The notes beneath the pieces were generated by a model. That model was not told where the DNA came from, ran no database searches, and saw only the letters and a list, made by a program, of their open reading frames with translations. From positions 1 through 42,573 of the forward strand of contig JAIEPI010000132.1 of NCBI GenBank assembly GCA_019749855.1: a DNA stretch of 42,573 nucleotides, read 5' to 3'. Positions 18,207-27,476 of this stretch are shown here, piece after piece. Every line of letters starts with the position of its first letter. The first letter of the stretch is position 1. The position numbers and the translations under genes are program-made. The DNA comes from Rickettsiales bacterium (GTDB lineage: Bacteria > Pseudomonadota > Alphaproteobacteria > Rickettsiales > UBA998).

Positions 18207-19480
18207 TCTGTGGAACCAGCCGAGCGCCGCAACCGAATATCAATAAAAGCAGCACGCCGAAGATCACGTATGTATTTCTGCGATGCCAGCGCCAGTTTTT
18301 CACGAAGGAGCTGCTCGCGAATTTTGTCGCGGTCAGGCGCTGCCATGGGTAACTCGGTTTTTTCACACAGCATGAGCATCTGAATACCCTCAGGGGAAGC
18401 AAACGGCGCACTGACTTCGCCCACATGCAAGCTCTGAACAATGGGTTTAATCTCTGGCGTGATCCCGCTTTGTCGGGTGCGGGTATAATCAACTTTAATG
18501 TTGAGACCTTCAAAATTATTCAGGCCTGCAATGCCTTTTTCCTGACAGGAGCCAGGATGCTGCCGAACGGATTTTGCAATGTCCATCAGCACGTTTACTT
18601 CTTTTGATTCGGCATTTTCATCCAGTGATAGCAATATGCGGCGAAAGGACAGCTCGGAATCTCCTAATGGCTTTGCAATGGTTTCCCGACGTTCTTTCAC
18701 TTGCAGAATCTGAAACCCGACCGGCCCACGAATAGGCCCCACATAGCCGGGTAAGCTTGCTTTGGAGAGCTGCTCAGCCACCAGTGGATCCAGTTGCGTC
18801 GAGTCCACCCAAGTCGGCTCAAGGCTGCTTGCCTGTGTTCCCGCTAATTGCGTCGCCAATGCATCAAAGTTTGCCCCGTTGTCGATCTCAGCACGCAGTT
18901 TCTTGGCCAGTTCACGCGTTGCATCTTCTGACTCAGGACTATCCACGGGCAATACCAGAGAAGCAATCAATAACTCCTCCCGCTTCGCCGATGGGTTCAT
19001 GCGGCGTTCGATCTCGCCGTCAATTTCCTCTCCACTGACATTCACCGTGCGGCGAATGCGCTTGCCCACCAGTTTGCTCCATGCAATCTGTGCGGCCAGT
19101 TGATCGCGGAACGTACGCGCAGGAACGCCCTGTTTCTCGAGAAACGCAATCAATGAGCCAGCCGGACGGCCGCGCTCCTGCTCCATGGCGCCGATAGAAC
19201 CCTCTACTTCATCCGGCCCGACCGCAATGTTAAATCGCTTGGCTTCCTGCTCCTGCAGAGATTCATCAATCAGGTTTTGCACAATGCGCTGCAGCAGCTG
19301 ACGACGCACCTGTGGTGAGTCTGACAAACCCGTGGTTGAAAGGGTAAGCTTCAGCCGGTCCTGTATTTCAAGTTTCGTAATAATGTCTTCATTCACGACA
19401 GCGCCAATTTCATACTGCTCCGCCGCATAGGCCGGAGCCATCATAACCATAATCAAGAGCATGGAACGAAAGATCATCAT
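18203..19480 (-). CDS. surA: SurA-like periplasmic chaperone / peptidyl-prolyl isomerase
   Basis: Signal peptide MMIFRSMLLIMVMMAPAYA and a SurA_N-like domain (AVVNEDIITKLEIQDRL). Located between lptD and rsmA, with a 4-nt stop/start overlap with rsmA. Confidence 0.85.
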   Translation of the reverse strand: MMIFRSMLLIMVMMAPAYAAEQYEIGAVVNEDIITKLEIQDRLKLTLSTTGLSDSPQVRRQLLQRIVQNLIDESLQEQEAKRFNIAVGPDEVEGSIGAMEQERGRPAGSLIAFLEKQGVPARTFRDQLAAQIAWSKLVGKRIRRTVNVSGEEIDGEIERRMNPSAKREELLIASLVLPVDSPESEDATRELAKKLRAEIDNGANFDALATQLAGTQASSLEPTWVDSTQLDPLVAEQLSKASLPGYVGPIRGPVGFQILQVKERRETIAKPLGDSELSFRRILLSLDENAESKEVNVLMDIAKSVRQHPGSCQEKGIAGLNNFEGLNIKVDYTRTRQSGITPEIKPIVQSLHVGEVSAPFASPEGIQMLMLCEKTELPMAAPDRDKIREQLLREKLALASQKYIRDLRRAAFIDIRLRRSAGSTE

Positions 19481-19535
19481 GTTCGTATAACGGGCTTCAA
19501 AGCTTCGTAAAATCGGAAAGTTTGTCCACGCTGTT

Positions 19536-21671
19536 TCAATTGATATTCTTCAATATAACCTGCACCAAAAACGAGCTATCGGGACGAAAATCACGATCAC
19601 GCGTAAATTCACGATCAAAGCGCGAGATCACCGTGACGCATTCATTCTGAAAGGTCAGGCTGGATCCAACAGAGCGCAACTCATTAATATCAAAATCCTG
19701 TCGTGCGTAGCTATTCATCGTCCAGTTTTCATTCAAGATCAGATTTCCTGAAAACAGGCCCTCATCTCTCTCAAACAGTACCGGATCATCCTGTATCACC
19801 AGATAATCTGCGTAGATGGAAAAAGGACTAAAATTTAACAATGCGCGCAATTCGCTTCGACGCAATGTATACTCGTTGGGATCGACACGAAAACGATAAT
19901 CCACTTCATAATTGGCACCATTCAAGCCGAACTTGCCAACGTAATCGGAAAGATCACGCGGGGAGTCGGAGACGGGAAAGACTCTGTCGCCGTCTAATTG
20001 AATATCCTGTCCCAGCATCGCATTGTAGCTAGTGCCGGCGGCTGTACCATACTCACCACGCACGCCGTAAACGGCGCGTGTTCCATTCTCAATACGATCA
20101 TATCCGGCGAAACGATTGTACGAGAATAAGTTAATATCAGAAAATTCAGGCACCAAACTATCTTCATTGGGAATAAAGTCAGAGTTATTGCCGTTACTAC
20201 TGACAATGACCTGTGCCATGGGCTCAACGGTGAGGCTATCATCGCCAATAAACTGCATCACTGGATAGCGCCATCCAGAGGCAAGTCGCGGCACAGCGCG
20301 TGACTGGCTGCCATCAAATTCTCCGCCCGATGCTAGGCTTAGGTCGGAGATAGAATAAATATCCGTACGCACGCTGGCATCGGTTTCAAACACATGTCCG
20401 CCCGAGGTCACGTAGGGGATGGTCCAACCGGAATCCAGTGTAGCTCGGCGTGAGTCTGTATTAATCTGACGTGTAATCGCACGGCCACTGGCCTCAAGAT
20501 GCACCCGTGAGCCTAACACGAGCGGATCACTCTCAAGATACATTTTTGCGGAGGGCAGAACAACCGGCGAGCGATCAGGATCAGAATTTGCCTGCAAGCC
20601 CTGAAAGGCAAGACTCTCCACAACCGTATAGTTTCGATCTTTAATACGCTCACTGAACAAACGTGAGCGCAGCATGTTTTGATTACCAAAGCGATAGCGG
20701 CGGAGATAGGTATCATCCGTCGTGCGGTTCACATCAAAACCCCAGCTCCAATGCTCAGACAAACTACTGCCGCCTTTAGCAAACACATGCCCGCGAATCT
20801 CATTTTGCCCGGGAATCGGTTGTCCAAAATCATCGCGCTCCTGAGGATCAGTGATCGAGCCATCCAGCTGGTAAAAACCATTATCCGTCATGTGCCGGTA
20901 TTGAGTAATGAGCACCGGCTCTTCTTTTGAGGTCAATAGTGGCGTGATCGTCGCATCAATGTTGGGCGCGATATTGAGATACACCGGCACCTGGAATGTT
21001 GAGCCAAGCTGTCGGTTTTGCGAATAAGAGGGCGCTAGAATACCTGTTTTTCTCTCAGCATCCGGCGTTGGATGTCTGAAATAAGGCGTGTAGAGAACAG
21101 GCAAACCATAAAGCTCCATCCACGCCCCGTGATACACAACTTCCTGCGCTTCGTTATCTATCCTGATTTTATCGGCTTTGATTTGCCAAAGGGGCGCGCC
21201 TGCTTCACCTGTTTGCTTGTCACGGCACAATTTGCACGGTGAGTACACGGCTTTTGATAGTTCATAGGTTGTTTCATTGATTTTTTTTGCTTCCCGCGCG
21301 GCAAATAAAGAATTATCCGCCAGACGCACGCGAAAATTGTCAATAATTCCTTGCTGCAAATCATCTTTAAGGCGCAATTCTTTAGCAAATAAAACATTGC
21401 CGTCCGGCTGCAACAAACTGATGTTGCCCTGCGCTCTTACGATGTTTTGATTCTGATAATAGGCAATACGATCGGCAAACAGCACGTAATCGCCCTGTAC
21501 GACCTGCACTTTTCCCTGCGCGACGACAATCGCATTGGTTTTATCATAGCCCATCTGCTGCGCGGACATATACACAGGCTTGCCGGCGTCCCGACCCATG
21601 GCAGCGACATCTGCCTTGCTTACCGAGGCGCTGAGGAAACAAAAAATGAGGGCCAGCTTGAATGCGCGCAT
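19536..21671 (-). CDS. lptD: LPS-assembly outer-membrane protein LptD
   Basis: 711 aa with a signal peptide, an OstA-like N-terminal domain (ADRIAYYQNQNIVRAQGNISL) and a large beta-barrel ending in an aromatic-rich C-terminus. Conserved synteny with surA. Confidence 0.92.
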   Translation of the reverse strand: MRAFKLALIFCFLSASVSKADVAAMGRDAGKPVYMSAQQMGYDKTNAIVVAQGKVQVVQGDYVLFADRIAYYQNQNIVRAQGNISLLQPDGNVLFAKELRLKDDLQQGIIDNFRVRLADNSLFAAREAKKINETTYELSKAVYSPCKLCRDKQTGEAGAPLWQIKADKIRIDNEAQEVVYHGAWMELYGLPVLYTPYFRHPTPDAERKTGILAPSYSQNRQLGSTFQVPVYLNIAPNIDATITPLLTSKEEPVLITQYRHMTDNGFYQLDGSITDPQERDDFGQPIPGQNEIRGHVFAKGGSSLSEHWSWGFDVNRTTDDTYLRRYRFGNQNMLRSRLFSERIKDRNYTVVESLAFQGLQANSDPDRSPVVLPSAKMYLESDPLVLGSRVHLEASGRAITRQINTDSRRATLDSGWTIPYVTSGGHVFETDASVRTDIYSISDLSLASGGEFDGSQSRAVPRLASGWRYPVMQFIGDDSLTVEPMAQVIVSSNGNNSDFIPNEDSLVPEFSDINLFSYNRFAGYDRIENGTRAVYGVRGEYGTAAGTSYNAMLGQDIQLDGDRVFPVSDSPRDLSDYVGKFGLNGANYEVDYRFRVDPNEYTLRRSELRALLNFSPFSIYADYLVIQDDPVLFERDEGLFSGNLILNENWTMNSYARQDFDINELRSVGSSLTFQNECVTVISRFDREFTRDRDFRPDSSFLVQVILKNIN

Positions 21672-21810
21672 ACAAAGTTTGTAGCGGGATTGCTTGTCAC
21701 GTGCAACGCACCCATGCGAATTATGCTATTCCGAAGAAAACTTCCCCAACTTCGCGTCAAAAACATCAAATGTGAGACCAGTTCGCGGATATTCGCTTAG
21801 AGGCTTACAC

Positions 21811-22806
21811 TCATAGATAATGATCTTCATTTACCAGATGGGAGGTCACATAGTCGCGCACCCCGTCTTCAAGCGAATAAAAGGGCGCCATATAACCTGC
21901 TGCACGCAGACGCGTCATGTTCGCTTCAGTGAAATATTGATATTTATCACGTATTTCAACAGGCATGTCGATATAATGAATCTGTGGTGGATGATTGACG
22001 GCACTAAAGACAGCCTTCGCCAGATCCTCAAATGTGCGGGCCTTTCCGGTGCCTAGATTATACATGCCGGAAACCTCAGGATGGTCGAGAAACCATTGAA
22101 TGACGGCGACACAATCTTTCACGTAGATAAAGTCGCGCAACTGGCCACCATCTTTGTATTTTGCATTATAGGAATGAAATAACTTCACCGGTCGGTGAGC
22201 AAAAGCGTGCGGGAAAATCCGCGCGGCGACACTTTGCTGTTCCCCCTTATGATATTCGTTCGGGCCATACACGTTAAAGAAACGTAAGCCCACCCATTGC
22301 GGCGGCTGTTTTTCATTCCGCTCCAGACTGCGTGCGACAAAACAATCAAAAAGCCATTTACTCCAGGCATAGGTATTGAGGGGTTTGAGTGTTTTGAGAT
22401 AATCTGTCGAAAAATCGTCTAAAAAGCCCTGACTGCCGTCGCCATACACTGACGCCGAGGACGCATAAATAAAGCGTGTTTCATGTTCGATGCACCAGGC
22501 GCGAAGAACGCGGGTGAATGTGTAGTTGTTTTCAAGCAACAAATCCGTGTTGCGTTCAGTGGTAGAAGAAATGGCTCCTAAATGAATAATGGCCTCAACT
22601 TCACCTGCGTTCATCTCCAGCCAGTAAAAAAGCTCTGCGGGAGAAATAATCTCATCGACTGGGTGTTTGGAGAGGTTGCGCCATTTCTCATCGCTGCCAA
22701 ATACATCACAAACCACCACGCGCGCATTCGGATGTGCGGCACTGAGCGCCGCCGCCACATTAGAGCCAATAAAGCCGCCACCGCCTGTGACTACATAAGT
22801 TTGCAT
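21811..22806 (-). CDS. hldD: ADP-L-glycero-D-manno-heptose 6-epimerase
   Basis: MQTYVVTGGGGFIGSN Rossmann start (ATG at 22806 with GGAG upstream; the ORF-track start at 22860 adds 18 unlikely residues). YASSASVYG, YAWSK (YxxxK), RFFNVYGPNEYHKG and LRAAGY resemble E. coli HldD/RfaD. Confidence 0.88.
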   Translation of the reverse strand: MQTYVVTGGGGFIGSNVAAALSAAHPNARVVVCDVFGSDEKWRNLSKHPVDEIISPAELFYWLEMNAGEVEAIIHLGAISSTTERNTDLLLENNYTFTRVLRAWCIEHETRFIYASSASVYGDGSQGFLDDFSTDYLKTLKPLNTYAWSKWLFDCFVARSLERNEKQPPQWVGLRFFNVYGPNEYHKGEQQSVAARIFPHAFAHRPVKLFHSYNAKYKDGGQLRDFIYVKDCVAVIQWFLDHPEVSGMYNLGTGKARTFEDLAKAVFSAVNHPPQIHYIDMPVEIRDKYQYFTEANMTRLRAAGYMAPFYSLEDGVRDYVTSHLVNEDHYL

Positions 22807-22881
22807 ATTTTTATCTCCGTATGATCGTCTAAAACTTGCTTTTGGATAGTCTAGGGCCAATATGTAAAGAAGTCGTTACAA

Positions 22882-23148
22882 TTGGAGGATGCCGTGCAGA
22901 AGGATAACAAGTTTTTTGATGATATGTCGCGCATGATGTCTGGTGCGGCGGGCACTATGTTTGATGCCAAACGTGAAATAGAACAACAATGCGCCGCGTT
23001 TGTTGAGAAATTTTTACTGAAAATGAATTTTGTCAGCCGCGAGGAATTTGAGGTGGTGCGCGACATGGCGAGTAAGGCACGTGCAGAAAATGAGGCACTG
23101 AAAGCTCGTCTGGATGCTCTGGAGGCTCACAAGAAACCGTCGAAATAA
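22882..23148 (+). CDS. ubiK: UbiK/YqiC (BMFP) family accessory factor
   Basis: FFDDMSRMMSGAAG...FVSREEFEVVRDMASKARAENEALKARLDALE is typical of the family. The ORF-track start is TTG, and GTG at 22894 is a likely alternative. Confidence 0.8.
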   Translation: MEDAVQKDNKFFDDMSRMMSGAAGTMFDAKREIEQQCAAFVEKFLLKMNFVSREEFEVVRDMASKARAENEALKARLDALEAHKKPSK

Positions 23149-23258
23149 TACGCTTTGAGAGTTTTTTATAAGAATAATGAAACGTATTTTAGAGATTTTT
23201 TACCTTTTCCCTTTATGCTGCACTGCGTCATATTACTTTATTTACGGAGATCCATTCG

Positions 23259-24527
23259 ATGCGAAGCCCACAGGAACTAGAAAAAGAATGGTCATCCTCT
23301 CCCCGCTGGGCCGGTGTGACGCGGAATTACAGCGCAGAAGATGTGGCGCGCCTGCGCGGCACCGTGGCCATCGATTATTCAATTGCGCGCTTAACGGCTG
23401 AAAAACTATGGGCCTCAATGGGCAGCCTACCCTATGTCAATGCGCTTGGCGCACTCACCGGCAATCAGGCCATGCAACAGGTCAAAGCGGGATTGAAAGC
23501 GATTTATCTCTCGGGTTGGCAAGTCGCCGCCGATGCGAATCTGGCTGGACAGATGTATCCCGATCAATCGCTATACCCGGCGGATTCCGTGCCTTCAGTG
23601 GTGAAACGCATCAATAATGCTCTGCTGCGTGCTGATCAGATTCATCACGCGGAAGGCGATGACAGCATCGACTGGATGCAGCCTATTGTCGCCGATGCGG
23701 AGGCTGGTTTTGGCGGCAATCTCAATGCGTTTGAGCTGATGAAAGCCATGATTGAAGCCGGTGCTGCCGGTGTGCATTTTGAGGATCAGCTTGCCAGCGC
23801 AAAAAAGTGCGGCCATATGGGCGGTAAAGTTCTGGTACCAACACAAGAGCAGGTACAAAAACTACAAGCCGCGCGTCTGGCGGCAGACATTTGCGGCGTT
23901 CCAAGCGTGCTGATTGCACGAACGGATGCGAATGGCGCTTACCTGATTACCAGCGATATTGATCCCTACGATGCCCCTTTCGTGGAGAAAGAGCGCACCG
24001 TGGAAGGATTCCACACCATGAAAGGTGGCATTGAATGTGCCATTTCGCGCGGCCTTGCCTATGCGCCGCATTGTGATCTCATCTGGTGTGAAACCTCGAC
24101 GCCCGACCTCAAAGAGGCGCGTCAGTTTGCCGATGCAATTCACAAAAAATACCCTGGTAAATGGCTGGCCTATAACTGCTCACCTTCCTTCAACTGGCGA
24201 AAAAATCTCGACGATACGACCATCGCCAAATTCCAAAAAGAGCTGGGTGCCATGGGGTATAAATTTCAATTTATTACGCTGGCAGGCTTCCATTCACTCA
24301 ATTACTCCATGTTTGAGGTGGCAACCGCCTATAAAGCACAGGGCATGACGGGCTACGTGCAGTTGCAGGAAAAAGAGTTCGCCGCAGCAGCACATGGCTT
24401 CACCGCGGTGAAGCATCAACGCGAAGTAGGTACCGGCTATTTTGATGAGGTGGCGCAAGCGATCTCAGGCGGCACCTCTTCAACAACCGCGTTGCATGGG
24501 TCAACGGAAGAGCAACAATTTGCGTGA
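23259..24527 (+). CDS. aceA: Isocitrate lyase
   Basis: [15 protein letters not shown] signature (KKCGH catalytic loop). 422 aa, with GGAG upstream of the ATG. Confidence 0.95.
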   Translation: MRSPQELEKEWSSSPRWAGVTRNYSAEDVARLRGTVAIDYSIARLTAEKLWASMGSLPYVNALGALTGNQAMQQVKAGLKAIYLSGWQVAADANLAGQMYPDQSLYPADSVPSVVKRINNALLRADQIHHAEGDDSIDWMQPIVADAEAGFGGNLNAFELMKAMIEAGAAGVHFEDQLASAKKCGHMGGKVLVPTQEQVQKLQAARLAADICGVPSVLIARTDANGAYLITSDIDPYDAPFVEKERTVEGFHTMKGGIECAISRGLAYAPHCDLIWCETSTPDLKEARQFADAIHKKYPGKWLAYNCSPSFNWRKNLDDTTIAKFQKELGAMGYKFQFITLAGFHSLNYSMFEVATAYKAQGMTGYVQLQEKEFAAAAHGFTAVKHQREVGTGYFDEVAQAISGGTSSTTALHGSTEEQQFA

Positions 24528-24537
24528 GACGCGCCAC

Positions 24538-25404
24538 ATGGCACGCCTCCTCAATATCCCACTGCTCACTGACGCCTGGCGAATGGCAGTTCGATACGGT
24601 GATGTGCTGGCGCCGGTCACGGTGTTTTTTGGCTTCATTAATGACGCGATCATGCGCGTGGGTGGAACGGGCCACGCTCAACAAGCCGCCATCATCAGTC
24701 AATTATCACAAAGCAGCGGCGGTCTGCAAAGTCTTGCGGCCATCAATACAACCATTGGCACCGCGCATAACCCAGCGGACAGTTTTATCTCAATTGGTCT
24801 GTTGCTGTTAGCCGCTTCGGTTGAACTGGTTATTCTATTGGGGCTGACTGATACATTGATTCAGCGCAAGGGCTTACGGCTGAACGTTCTTTTGCGTTTT
24901 TTCAGGCATGGCTTGATTGGATCACTCCAAGGATTCTGGCGGGGATTTTTTCGCTTTCTGCTTTTTAGTATCGCTCTGTCGGTTGGTATTCTGGCGTTGC
25001 TACTCATGCGCGGCGAGGTGTCGTTTGGCGCCTTGGCACTGGTTGCGATAGCGACATTGGCCGTTTTTATATGGATGATGTGGTTCCTGCTGCCCTACAT
25101 CTTTGCGACACTGGATTGTGTCTTGCATGCTAAGGATTTCGATTCGGCCTTCATCCGTAGTGAGGAAGCGTTGAAGGGACGCTACCTTGAAGTGCTGCTG
25201 ACGCTAGGCATCAGCACCCTGCCCGCTTTATTGAGCAATCTGTTGCTAGCATGGTTGCCTGAATCCTATGGCGCAACGGTGACCATTATCCTCACCAACC
25301 TACTGATGGTTCCAGCTCTGGTGCTTCTGTATCTCTATGCTCGTGATTTTTTTGCTGCCCCAGTTAGCAGCACTGAAACAACAATGTCCGTCAACGCTGA
25401 GTAG
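24538..25404 (+). CDS. Multi-pass membrane protein, function unknown
   Basis: ATG at 24538, 11 nt after the aceA stop (the ORF-track start at 24442 lies inside aceA). Several long hydrophobic helices. No family recognised. Confidence 0.65.
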   Translation: MARLLNIPLLTDAWRMAVRYGDVLAPVTVFFGFINDAIMRVGGTGHAQQAAIISQLSQSSGGLQSLAAINTTIGTAHNPADSFISIGLLLLAASVELVILLGLTDTLIQRKGLRLNVLLRFFRHGLIGSLQGFWRGFFRFLLFSIALSVGILALLLMRGEVSFGALALVAIATLAVFIWMMWFLLPYIFATLDCVLHAKDFDSAFIRSEEALKGRYLEVLLTLGISTLPALLSNLLLAWLPESYGATVTIILTNLLMVPALVLLYLYARDFFAAPVSSTETTMSVNAE

Positions 25405-25810
25405 CCGCCAGCAAAACCTGACGTGCCTCATTCAAACGACGGGTATAATCGGCGGTACCACCCTGATCGGGATGATGTTTCTTCATTAACTGGCGCCAGG
25501 CATCATTAATCTCATCTGCCGTAGCATGTACTGAAATATTCAGGACCTCACGGGCTTCCGACTCACTCATGGCCTGTCTGGGATGCGACGTTTGTCCTGC
25601 CGTATGTGCCTGAGCGCGCCATAAGGGCAAGATAGCAAGAAAATACAGCACCAACATTCGGATGCGGGGGACAAACATGCCAAGCAACATCCCCATACGC
25701 GCCAATATCTGTCCGAGTGCGCCTAACCTCTCTGAAGGAACGCGCGTGGCAAGTGTCATCAAGGAATGCACCACGACGACGATCAATACCCCAATGACGA
25801 TAAGGCGCAT
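25391..25810 (-). CDS. Membrane-anchored J-domain protein (Tim14/Pam18-like, DjlA-like)
   Basis: N-terminal transmembrane helices, then a C-terminal J domain SESEAREVLNISVHATADEINDAWRQLMKKHHPDQGG with the HPD motif. Confidence 0.8.
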   Translation of the reverse strand: MRLIVIGVLIVVVVHSLMTLATRVPSERLGALGQILARMGMLLGMFVPRIRMLVLYFLAILPLWRAQAHTAGQTSHPRQAMSESEAREVLNISVHATADEINDAWRQLMKKHHPDQGGTADYTRRLNEARQVLLAATQR

Positions 25811-25820
25811 GGCGAGCGTA

Positions 25821-27362
25821 TTAGTTAAGAAGACGATTCAATAACGGACCCGAACTACGGGCCGTTATGCCCGATGGATCGGCATTTACCGTTGAAGCGG
25901 TCGCCGGAGGCACAGGGGTCATCGCTGGATTCGCTGTAGCAGACGCTGAAGCTCCTTCAGTCACGGGCGAGAGCAGCGGAGCGTTAGCGGGACGAACAGT
26001 GACACTCATCGCCGGAGTGGCTGAGGTGGACGATGTGTTAGTGGCAACCGGAGCAATCGAGACCTGAAGGCTCGGCGAATGTGTAAAGGCTGGCGGATGC
26101 GCTACTGCATTTTGAGACGATGGCTCAACGCTCACGAGTGTTTTAGTCACGGGTGATACGGCACTGAGTGGGCTTTGTTTGGCTGGCTCCCGTGTCACCG
26201 CAGGAATCGGCGTGATGGGAACGGATACAGGGGCAGGAGATGGTGGCGCAACAGACACCGCATTGGCCAATGGCATCGCCGTTTGCATTGGCGACGCTTG
26301 TATAGGCGACGGTTGTAAAGACGGAGCTTGCATAGTCGCTGGGGCTGACACTGGCGCAGATACGGGCGCTGAGTGTGCGGTGTGAGGTGCGTCTATGGAC
26401 GATGGCAGTTTTTCATCAGCGGCCGCCGCTTCTTCTTCCTGCAAACGCGCCATGGTTTCCGCCGCTGTTTTTAGCTCTTCAGTGGCTTCACCGGTACGCA
26501 GTTTTTCAATCCGCCGGTCAACTTCAGGAATTTTCAGAACACTTAGCAGGCTACGAACTTCCTGCCGCGCTGCCACATGGGAGATGGAGAGTTTGCCACC
26601 ATTGTCTGTTTCCAGAACATCGAGCACGGTCAGGCCCTGTAAAAACATTTCGCGGAAGATAACGCGCTCAGAGAAACCCGGGGCCACACGGAAACCAATG
26701 CGACGCGCCAGCTCTTCGGTGACCTTCGTCATGAAGCGCTTGTTCCTCGCATCAATGTTAGAAAGACGATTGCGCATGACAATCCAGTCGATGGCGCCAC
26801 CATCGCGCTTGGCACGCTGCAATTTTTGCTCCCATACCATTTCGGAGTAAATACTGGGCTTAACGATGTTGAGCGTTTCACCGTCCACAGAAGCCAGCAC
26901 ATCAAGATCAACAAAGCTGTCATTGATCGGGGTGATGATCGTATTGGCAAAGGAATGCGCCAGACGCGACATGTAGGTATCGTTACCAGGCGTGTCGATG
27001 ATGACAAAGTCACAGCTCGCATACACGCGTGCCAGACCTTTGGCAAAGCGCTCGCGCTCATCGGCTTTGGCTTCTTCACCGGAATCAAACGGGCTTTTCT
27101 GGATGACAATATGATGTGGCATCGGCATGGAAACACCCTGCTTAGCAACCGTTTGGCGACGATTTTCAAAATAACGCGTCAGCGAGCGCTGGCGTGAGTC
27201 AATGTCAATACTGCCAACCGAGAAACCTAAACGCAGCAGAGCGACGATCAGGTGCATGGTGGTGGTGGTTTTTCCCGAACCGCCTTTTTCATTTCCGACA
27301 ATAATGACATGTGCGCGACGAAACCCAGAACTTGCCGTATCGGTTGCCGCTGTCTCACTCAT
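25821..27362 (-). CDS. mipZ: MipZ-type ParA-like ATPase (division-plane positioning) with a long Pro/Ala/Ser/Thr-rich C-terminal extension
   Basis: HVIIVGNEKGGSGKTTTTMHLIVALL (deviant Walker A), then IDIDSRQRSLTRYFENRR as in Caulobacter MipZ. ATG at 27362 is preferred over the GTG at 27410. The last ~220-250 residues are low-complexity. Confidence 0.85.
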   Translation of the reverse strand: MSETAATDTASSGFRRAHVIIVGNEKGGSGKTTTTMHLIVALLRLGFSVGSIDIDSRQRSLTRYFENRRQTVAKQGVSMPMPHHIVIQKSPFDSGEEAKADERERFAKGLARVYASCDFVIIDTPGNDTYMSRLAHSFANTIITPINDSFVDLDVLASVDGETLNIVKPSIYSEMVWEQKLQRAKRDGGAIDWIVMRNRLSNIDARNKRFMTKVTEELARRIGFRVAPGFSERVIFREMFLQGLTVLDVLETDNGGKLSISHVAARQEVRSLLSVLKIPEVDRRIEKLRTGEATEELKTAAETMARLQEEEAAAADEKLPSSIDAPHTAHSAPVSAPVSAPATMQAPSLQPSPIQASPMQTAMPLANAVSVAPPSPAPVSVPITPIPAVTREPAKQSPLSAVSPVTKTLVSVEPSSQNAVAHPPAFTHSPSLQVSIAPVATNTSSTSATPAMSVTVRPANAPLLSPVTEGASASATANPAMTPVPPATASTVNADPSGITARSSGPLLNRLLN

Positions 27363-27476
27363 TGCATCATTCCGCGCCAAAGGGTTGACTAAAGTTAGCG
27401 AATCCTGCACCCAGTGTAAAGCGAGCTTGGCAAAAAAAGTGATGGTCCCGTCATCGCCTATCGAAATGGCGGCTGG

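Noticed and set aside
17990-18513. ORFs 17990-18352 (+), 18169-18513 (-) and 18186-18383 (+) around the surA/rsmA junction; checked whether any could be a pdxA remnant
   Set aside because: The translations show no PdxA-like motifs, and all are nested in the surA/rsmA coding frames.
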